Below are positions 26,089-32,000 of a stretch of 32,000 bases of DNA, piece by piece (position 1 is the first letter of the stretch; each line of letters opens with the position of its first letter). The position numbers were made by a program, and so were the translations under genes. The notes beneath the pieces are model-generated. The model had not been told where the DNA came from, ran no database searches, and saw only the letters and a list, made by a program, of their open reading frames with translations. This DNA comes from Parasporobacterium sp. (GTDB lineage Bacteria; Bacillota; Clostridia; Lachnospirales; Lachnospiraceae), in assembly GCA_017510065.1 (NCBI GenBank), contig JAFWOB010000115.1, positions 1-32,000 on the forward strand. Direction: 5' to 3'.

Positions 26089-27510
26089 ATGAAATGTTAT
26101 AAGTGCGGAAGTTTTTTATATGACGGGGAATACTGCAGCACCTGCGGAGCTGATGTGACCGTATACCGGAAGATCGTTCTGAAATCCAACGATCTTTATA
26201 ACAGCGGTCTTCAGTTTGCCAGGGACAGAAACCTGAGCAAGGCTGCAGAATACCTGAAAATGAGTCTGAAACTTTATAAAGGGAATATCAACGCTCACAA
26301 TCTTCTGGGACTGGTATATTTTGAACAGGGAGAATACACGCTGGGATTTGCCCACTGGATCATCAGTAAGAATATCCAGCCGGACAACAATCTGGCCAAT
26401 CTGTTTCTGGATCAGATCCAGGAAGATAAAGCCTATGTAGATTCTCTGAATGCCAATATCAAGAAATACAACAAAGCCATCAGCTATGTGGAGCAGGAAA
26501 GCTATGATCTGGCAGAGATTCAGTTGAAAAAGATACTGAACGATAACACCGCCCATATGGTCAAAGCCTATCAGCTTTCTGCCCTGTTAAGGATTCGCAA
26601 GAAGAAATATGCAGCGGCAAGAAAGATCCTGGAGAGAGCCCAGAACATTGATGCGGGGGATTCCACAACCATTGCTCTTATGACAGCCGTGAACAGTCAG
26701 ATCCAGGAAGAAGAGAAGGATCTGACCACAGGGGAACTGAAGGTTAAACGGCAGCAGGAGACCTCTGAAGAGGATGCCCATCTTCCGCTTTCGGGAGATG
26801 ATGTGATCATTCCGAAACCGTCTTATAAGGATTATAATCCGACGACGGTAGCGATCATCCAGATCCTGATCGGGTTCCTGGTGGGGGCAGCCCTGATCTT
26901 CTTTGTTGTCGTGCCGGCCAAGACGAATTCGATACGGAACGAATCTTCCGCCCTGCAGCTGCAGCTGGAGGAACAGGTCTCCATGCTGTCTGAGGAAAAT
27001 GCCAAGCTGAGCGCGGATGTGGAGCAGCAGTCGAAAGCAGCGGAGGATCTGCAGACAGCAGCCAATGACGCGTCTGCGGCAGCATCTGCCGCGGCACAGA
27101 CGACCCAGCAGGATGAGACTCTTCTTCTGGAAGCCTATGATCTGTATCAGAGGGGCGAAAATGAAGCCTGCGGCAACAAACTTCTGGAGATTGGCCATCC
27201 GGAATCCTTTACCGGCGCCAATAAGATGGTCTACGACACCATCAGCTATACCAAGGACGCCATTCCGGATTACTGGTATAACGATGCCATGGCATTGTTC
27301 GAACAGGATGATTTCACAGGAGCTCTGGAACTCTTTACCAAGGTCTATGAAACAGCCAATACGACCGGGGAATCCTTATACTATATGGGACTTTGCCATT
27401 ACAATCTGGATCAGTCAGAACAGGCTGCTTCCAGGTTCCGGGAATATCTGGAATCATTCCCGGAAGGACCCCATGCCGCGGAATGTGACTGGCTGTTGTC
27501 TCTTCTGTAG
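26089..27510 (+). CDS. Zinc-ribbon / TPR-repeat single-pass membrane protein
   Basis: It has an N-terminal CxxC...CxxC (MKCYKCGSFLYDGEYCSTCG), followed by TPR repeats. One TM helix (VAIIQILIGFLVGAALIFFVVV) comes next, then a coiled-coil/Ala-rich stretch and further TPR-like repeats. Confidence 0.85.
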   Translation: MKCYKCGSFLYDGEYCSTCGADVTVYRKIVLKSNDLYNSGLQFARDRNLSKAAEYLKMSLKLYKGNINAHNLLGLVYFEQGEYTLGFAHWIISKNIQPDNNLANLFLDQIQEDKAYVDSLNANIKKYNKAISYVEQESYDLAEIQLKKILNDNTAHMVKAYQLSALLRIRKKKYAAARKILERAQNIDAGDSTTIALMTAVNSQIQEEEKDLTTGELKVKRQQETSEEDAHLPLSGDDVIIPKPSYKDYNPTTVAIIQILIGFLVGAALIFFVVVPAKTNSIRNESSALQLQLEEQVSMLSEENAKLSADVEQQSKAAEDLQTAANDASAAASAAAQTTQQDETLLLEAYDLYQRGENEACGNKLLEIGHPESFTGANKMVYDTISYTKDAIPDYWYNDAMALFEQDDFTGALELFTKVYETANTTGESLYYMGLCHYNLDQSEQAASRFREYLESFPEGPHAAECDWLLSLL

Positions 27511-27532
27511 AATTTCTTGGGATTAAGATGGG

Positions 27533-28198
27533 TCAGAACTGATAGAGCAGGGGCTTTCCTTCTGACAGGATAAACGACATGGTATTTCCCTCATGGATCT
27601 TTGCCTGTGCGTTGGTTGCTTCCGTGACCTTGCGGACAAAGAGATCGATCTGTTCATCGGGGATCGTCATGCGGAAGGTAACCTGCTCATCATAGATGGT
27701 ATCGGATACCGGAATCAGCATCTGGCTGATCATATACTGGATTTTTCCGGAAAGATTATAAGAACAGCTGACGGACAGCTCCCGGCCGTGAAAAACGGCT
27801 GAGGTGCTGCCGTTTTTTTCTGCCTCGGTCAGACCTTCTGAGGACGCCTGTGTGTAGGCACGCAGAAGCCCTCCGGCACCCAGTAATATTCCGCCGAAAT
27901 ACCTGGTTACCACAATGAGGGTGTTGTGATAGCCTTGCTTTGTCAGAACTTCAAGAATGGGTTTCCCTGCAGTGCCCTGGGGTTCTTTGTCGTCGGAAAA
28001 ACGCTGGATTTCGCTTCGTTCGCCCAGTACATAGGCGTAGCAGTTATGCCTGGCGTCATAGTACTGTTTCCTTACGGACTCCAGGATCTGAAAGGCTTCT
28101 TCCTCAGAATGGATCTCATATACATTTGCAATGAACCGGGACCGTTTCTCGGTAATCTCAGCCTGAGCGTGTCCCATCATGACTCTCGTTTCTTTCAT
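27533..28198 (-). CDS. yigZ: YigZ/IMPACT-family protein (UPF0029)
   Basis: It has the N-terminal EITEKRSRFIANV and ARHNCYAYV motifs typical of the YigZ family, plus a C-terminal DUF1949-like half. The start codon is uncertain (28198 or 28180). Confidence 0.85.
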   Translation of the reverse strand: MKETRVMMGHAQAEITEKRSRFIANVYEIHSEEEAFQILESVRKQYYDARHNCYAYVLGERSEIQRFSDDKEPQGTAGKPILEVLTKQGYHNTLIVVTRYFGGILLGAGGLLRAYTQASSEGLTEAEKNGSTSAVFHGRELSVSCSYNLSGKIQYMISQMLIPVSDTIYDEQVTFRMTIPDEQIDLFVRKVTEATNAQAKIHEGNTMSFILSEGKPLLYQF

Positions 28199-28204
28199 GC
28201 CTGT

Positions 28205-28233
28205 ATCATAGCATCAATCTTCAGGATGGTCAA
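28205..28233 (-). promoter_or_regulatory. Candidate sigma70 promoter for yigZ
   Basis: Minus strand: TTGACC (28233-28228), 17-nt spacer, TATGAT (28210-28205). The -10 element ends 6 nt before the ATG at 28198. Confidence 0.5.
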
Positions 28234-28247
28234 AACAAATGCCTTTT

Positions 28248-28276
28248 TTGACAACAGTGTATTAATAGCGTATAAT
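28248..28276 (+). promoter_or_regulatory. Sigma70 promoter for the class A PBP gene
   Basis: Consensus TTGACA (28248-28253), 17-nt spacer, consensus TATAAT (28271-28276). Confidence 0.75.
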
Positions 28277-28332
28277 ACTTTAGATTATGTGCAGAAATCG
28301 CTGTTTTTTGTGCAGCGGCACGGGAGGTTTTG

Positions 28333-30939
28333 ATGAAACGTACTTATGAATATCAATACGAAGACAGATCCGGTAGGATCAGGACCCGCCTGATCAAGGA
28401 AAAAAGTGTAGGCGGAAGTGTTCTGAAGGGATTCCTCCTGTTTCTGCTCTCTGTATTCTGTATCGTCATGAGTATTGTGGCCGGATCTGCCTTCGGACTG
28501 ATCCAGTCGACTCCGCAGATCACTGCGCAGGATGTGAAGCCCAGTGAATATCCTTCCCATATCTATGACCGCAACGGCAATGAAATGATCGAACTGACCA
28601 CTACCGGGTCCAACCGGAAGGAAGCTTCCTACGAAGAGATCCCTGCCATGCTGCGGGACGCTTTTATTTCTATTGAAGACGAACGGTTTTATGATCACAA
28701 CGGTGTAGATCTCAGGGGTATCATCCGTGCCGTTTTTGTTGATATCGCAGAAGGCAAAAACGAAGGTGCAAGTACGATCACCCAGCAGCTTGTCAAGAAC
28801 AACGTGATCGAGACAGGCGGCTATGAACGAAGCACCGGATCATTGCTTCGAAGAAAAGTTCAGGAATGGGTTATGGCCCTTGATCTGGAAAAACAGATGA
28901 GCAAGAGTGAGATCCTGACCAACTATCTGAACACCATTTACCTCGACAGCAACTGCAACGGCGTCAAAGCCGCGGCAGAATACTATTTCGGCAAGAAGGA
29001 TCTGTATGACCTGACACTTGCGGAATGTGCCTCTCTGGCTGCCATTACCAATAACCCCTCCGCCAATAACCCGGCAAGACATCCGGAAACCAACCGAAAG
29101 AGAAGGGATCTGGTCCTGGATTATATGGAACGGCAGGGCTATATTTCTCCCTCACAGTGCGAAGAAGCCAAGAAAGACAATATTTACAGCAGGATCGTGG
29201 CAAATACCTCGGAAGAAGCCAGTATCTACACCTATTTCGAAGATGCTCTGATCTCCGGCGTACTGAAAGATCTGCAGTCGGTGGGATATACCTATACACA
29301 GGCATACAATCTGCTGTTTTCCGGCGGCGTTTCCATTTATTCCACACAGGATACCGCGATCCAGGCAATCATTGAAGAAGAGATCAACAATCCGATCCAC
29401 TATCCTATGGAGACGTCTTACTCCATCAGCTGGGACCTGTCAATCCAGAAAAGTGACGGTACCATGCGGTATTACTATGCAGGTGACATCGCACGGTATC
29501 ATCGTAATGAACTCGGGGATGTGACATACCGTCTGGATTTTGCTACAAAAGAGGAAGCGGATGCGGAAGTGGAAGCTTATAAAGCCGTAATATTGGAAGA
29601 GGGCGACCGTATCACCTATGAAGATATTACCTACACGCTGCAGCCTCAGATCTCCTTTACGGTGATGGATTATACGAGCGGCCAGGTGCTGGCAGCCGTA
29701 GGCGGCCGCGGTGACAAACAGCAGAGCCTTTCCATGAACCGGGCAACAGACGTCCTGCGTCAGCCGGGCTCTACACTGAAGGTCCTGGCGGCTTTTGCGC
29801 CTGCCATGGATGGCGCCGGCTATACGCTCGCTACGGTACAGGACGATTCACCGTTTGAATATGAAGGCAATATCAATCGTGAAGTAAAGAACTGGTGGGG
29901 AGATTCCTATCGGGGCCTCAGCAATATACGGGACGGTATCCGGGATTCCATGAACATCGTTGCGGTCAAGACCTTGTATGATATCGGCCCGGCGCTGGGA
30001 GTTAAGTATCTGGAAGAATTCGGATTTGAACACATCGATCCGGTAGAAGATGCGACGCTTCCTACCGCACTTGGCGGACTCACCAATGGTGTGACCAACC
30101 TGGAACTCTGTGCTGCATATTCCGCCATTGCGAATCAGGGGACTTATATTGAACCCATCATGTATACGAAGATTGTCGGCAGGGACGGAACCGTACTCAT
30201 GGAAGCAGATCAGACTACAAGACAGGTGATCCGGCCTACCGTTGCTGCTTTGCTTACGGACGCCATGGTGGATGTGGTGGAAGAAGGAACCGGTGAGAAA
30301 TGTCAGCTGACCAATGCGACACTTGCCGGAAAGACGGGTACCACGTCCAATGATTATGACCTGTGGTTTGCCGGGTATATTCCTGCCGGACTGTGCGGTA
30401 CGATATGGGCCGGCTATGATGAAAACATCACCATTGAGGAGGAAGAATTCCACAAGGATATGTATGCCGCGATCATGAACCGGATCGTCAATGAGCAGGG
30501 TTACTGGGGCGGGCAGTTCCTGTGGCCGGCCGGCATTGTGCAGGCCAGTGTCTGCCATAAATCCGGTAAGCTGCCGGAGGATTGGCTGTGCCAGTATGAT
30601 CCCACCGGAAAGAGCACCTACATGGAATATTTTGAAGAAGGAACGGTTCCGACGGACTTCTGCGATGTGCATATGTCGGCATATATATGCTCTGTGACGG
30701 GTCTTCTGGCCAATGAATACTGTCCTGGTTATTACCAGGTGTGTATTATCAGGCCGGATGATATCAAGGGCGGACCTCCGAGAGGTTATACCATCGATTC
30801 CAACTTTGCTTATCCTGGTATTTATTGTGATCTTCATAATGCACAGACTATGGCAGGTGGGGGACCGGACGAGGAGGACGAGGAAGGACCGCCGGAGGAT
30901 GAGTTTTATGAAGAAGAGTATTATTATGAAGAGTATTGA
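28333..30939 (+). CDS. Class A penicillin-binding protein (bifunctional glycosyltransferase/transpeptidase, PBP1A-type)
   Basis: It has an N-terminal TM anchor. GT51 motifs are present (EDERFYDHNGVD, GASTITQQL, RKVQEW). Transpeptidase motifs STLK, SMN and KTGTT are present. ATG 28333 has GGGAGG 5 nt upstream. The C-terminal tail is unusually acidic and Tyr-rich. Confidence 0.95.
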   Translation: MKRTYEYQYEDRSGRIRTRLIKEKSVGGSVLKGFLLFLLSVFCIVMSIVAGSAFGLIQSTPQITAQDVKPSEYPSHIYDRNGNEMIELTTTGSNRKEASYEEIPAMLRDAFISIEDERFYDHNGVDLRGIIRAVFVDIAEGKNEGASTITQQLVKNNVIETGGYERSTGSLLRRKVQEWVMALDLEKQMSKSEILTNYLNTIYLDSNCNGVKAAAEYYFGKKDLYDLTLAECASLAAITNNPSANNPARHPETNRKRRDLVLDYMERQGYISPSQCEEAKKDNIYSRIVANTSEEASIYTYFEDALISGVLKDLQSVGYTYTQAYNLLFSGGVSIYSTQDTAIQAIIEEEINNPIHYPMETSYSISWDLSIQKSDGTMRYYYAGDIARYHRNELGDVTYRLDFATKEEADAEVEAYKAVILEEGDRITYEDITYTLQPQISFTVMDYTSGQVLAAVGGRGDKQQSLSMNRATDVLRQPGSTLKVLAAFAPAMDGAGYTLATVQDDSPFEYEGNINREVKNWWGDSYRGLSNIRDGIRDSMNIVAVKTLYDIGPALGVKYLEEFGFEHIDPVEDATLPTALGGLTNGVTNLELCAAYSAIANQGTYIEPIMYTKIVGRDGTVLMEADQTTRQVIRPTVAALLTDAMVDVVEEGTGEKCQLTNATLAGKTGTTSNDYDLWFAGYIPAGLCGTIWAGYDENITIEEEEFHKDMYAAIMNRIVNEQGYWGGQFLWPAGIVQASVCHKSGKLPEDWLCQYDPTGKSTYMEYFEEGTVPTDFCDVHMSAYICSVTGLLANEYCPGYYQVCIIRPDDIKGGPPRGYTIDSNFAYPGIYCDLHNAQTMAGGGPDEEDEEGPPEDEFYEEEYYYEEY

Positions 30940-30945
30940 TCTTGA

Positions 30946-31779
30946 ATGAAACTGTCTGCGTCGAATATCTGCTGGGAAGAAAAATACGATGAAGACATGT
31001 ACCGGTTTCTGAGCGATCACAATATTGCCCTGGAAGCCGTGCCATCGAGGATCTTCAAATGGGAGGACAGCCGGCTGAACGGCCGTCCCATCAGTCCTTT
31101 TGAAAAAATACAGGATGCAGTGAGCTGGTACCGGATCGTACACCGGTTTTACGGACTGGATATCGCATCCATGCATTCGCTTCTGTATAAGATCGAAGAA
31201 AACCTGTTTGCTACTGCGACCTATCGCCGCTATCTGACAGAATACCTGAAGAGTGCGGTACGGTTCGCTGTCCGGATCGGCTGCCCCAATCTGTGCTTTG
31301 GCGCAGCCCAGAACAGGAACATCCCGCCTCATATCAATCTGGAAGATGCCGGAAGGATTGCTGTTGAATTCTTCAAGGAACTGGCGGACTATGCCTGGGA
31401 ACATCGGGTTTGTCTGTCCATCGAGCCTCTTCCGGAGAAATACGGGACCAATTTCATCAATTATACGTACCAGGCGTTTGATCTGGTAAAGGCAGTAAAC
31501 AGCCCGGGACTGCAGGTAGATGTGGATCTGGGAACGGTGATGGAGAATCAGGAAGATATCCGGGAGATCTTTACCAAAGAACACATTTCCATGATCCATC
31601 ATGTCCATTTCTCAGAACCGGATCTCGGACCGATCCAGGAACGGGATATTTATGCAGAATCAGCAGAACTGCTGAAAAAATGCGGCTATAGAAGATTTGT
31701 TTCCCTGAAGATGCTGGAATTTCCGGATGTGACCCTGATACAGGGAGTACTCAGGTATTTCCAGCATCTGACGGTATGA
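30946..31779 (+). CDS. Sugar phosphate isomerase/epimerase (xylose-isomerase-like TIM barrel family)
   Basis: The 277-aa product has the general pattern of the AP-endonuclease-2/xylose-isomerase-like TIM-barrel family (..FGAAQNR.., ..LSIEPL.., ..VDVDLGT.., ..HVHFSE..). The assignment rests on resemblance only. Confidence 0.6.
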   Translation: MKLSASNICWEEKYDEDMYRFLSDHNIALEAVPSRIFKWEDSRLNGRPISPFEKIQDAVSWYRIVHRFYGLDIASMHSLLYKIEENLFATATYRRYLTEYLKSAVRFAVRIGCPNLCFGAAQNRNIPPHINLEDAGRIAVEFFKELADYAWEHRVCLSIEPLPEKYGTNFINYTYQAFDLVKAVNSPGLQVDVDLGTVMENQEDIREIFTKEHISMIHHVHFSEPDLGPIQERDIYAESAELLKKCGYRRFVSLKMLEFPDVTLIQGVLRYFQHLTV

Positions 31780-31783
31780 AAGC

Positions 31784-31813
31784 ACCCCGTTTTATGATGC
31801 GGGGTTTTATTTT
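31784..31813 (+). terminator. Rho-independent terminator
   Basis: Stem accccg (31784-31789) / cggggt (31800-31805), followed by tttatttt. Confidence 0.55.
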
Positions 31814-31821
31814 GTGAAAAT

Positions 31822-32000
31822 ATGCAGAAAAGAATTCTGGTGGTCAGCCGGCATTTCTGGCCGGAACACACAAGACTATATGATCTGTGCGAAAAACTTG
31901 TGTCCTGCGGATTCCGCGTGGATGTGCTGTGCGGGCAGCCCTCCGGCGAAGACGGGGAGTTCATGAAAGGGTATAACTCTTTCAAGGTTCGGCGGGAAAC
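31822..32000 (+). CDS. Glycosyltransferase family 4 (WbuB-like), N-terminal fragment running off the window
   Basis: MQKRILVVSRHFWPEHTRLYDLCEKLVSCGFRVDVLCGQPS... matches the typical GT4 N-terminus (ILvvsq.FwPE...G..V.Vl). The ORF is open to the window end. Confidence 0.6.
   Translation, partial: MQKRILVVSRHFWPEHTRLYDLCEKLVSCGFRVDVLCGQPSGEDGEFMKGYNSFKVRRE

Noticed and set aside
27511-27532. A 22-nt gap between the convergent TPR-membrane gene and yigZ, with no terminator hairpin.
   Set aside because: This is unusual but not interpretable from sequence alone. Termination may occur inside the opposing coding region. There is nothing specific to test beyond Term-seq.
29848-31608. 586-aa ORF on the minus strand.
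   Set aside because: It is antisense to the class A PBP and the TIM-barrel gene, and it spans their junction. The + strand products carry unmistakable GT51 and transpeptidase motifs. The antisense translation is odd (rich in R/H/I/F), has no motifs and has no RBS.

Overview
This looks like a chromosomal, mostly housekeeping segment from a moderate-GC Firmicute. Gene content and style suggest Clostridia or Lachnospiraceae, but that is only a guess. I support about 24 protein genes, one tRNA-Pro(GGG), several sigma70-type promoters and several rho-independent terminators.

Recognisable genes, in order:
- a secreted repeat protein
- tRNA-Pro
- a four-gene Na+-translocating oxaloacetate-decarboxylase operon (oadG, BCCP, oadB, carboxyltransferase)
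- cvfB-like and S1-domain RNA-binding proteins
- a PfkB kinase
- a NYN-domain protein coupled to a Cys4 mini-protein
- a D-Ala-D-Ala carboxypeptidase
- clpB, rarA, valS, yigZ
- a class A PBP
- a TIM-barrel isomerase
- the start of a GT4 glycosyltransferase

Three things deserve a second look:
1. 17955-23201 holds a start/stop-coupled three-gene module. It encodes a 1056-aa beta/alpha-solenoid protein, a degenerate Hsp70/actin-fold protein and a TPR-like protein. It overlaps rarA upstream and runs straight into valS with no T-box leader. I cannot assign it a function, and it is my best candidate for an undescribed system.
2. 9386-9645 holds a strictly phased array of 11 GCATGA-type cores with alternating 29/23-bp spacing (52-bp period). 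It sits in a convergent intergenic gap.
3. The NYN / disordered linker / helical-tail protein and its ATGA-coupled Cys4 partner.

No CRISPR array, rRNA or clear mobile element was seen. Every functional call comes from motifs I recognised by eye; no database search was run.
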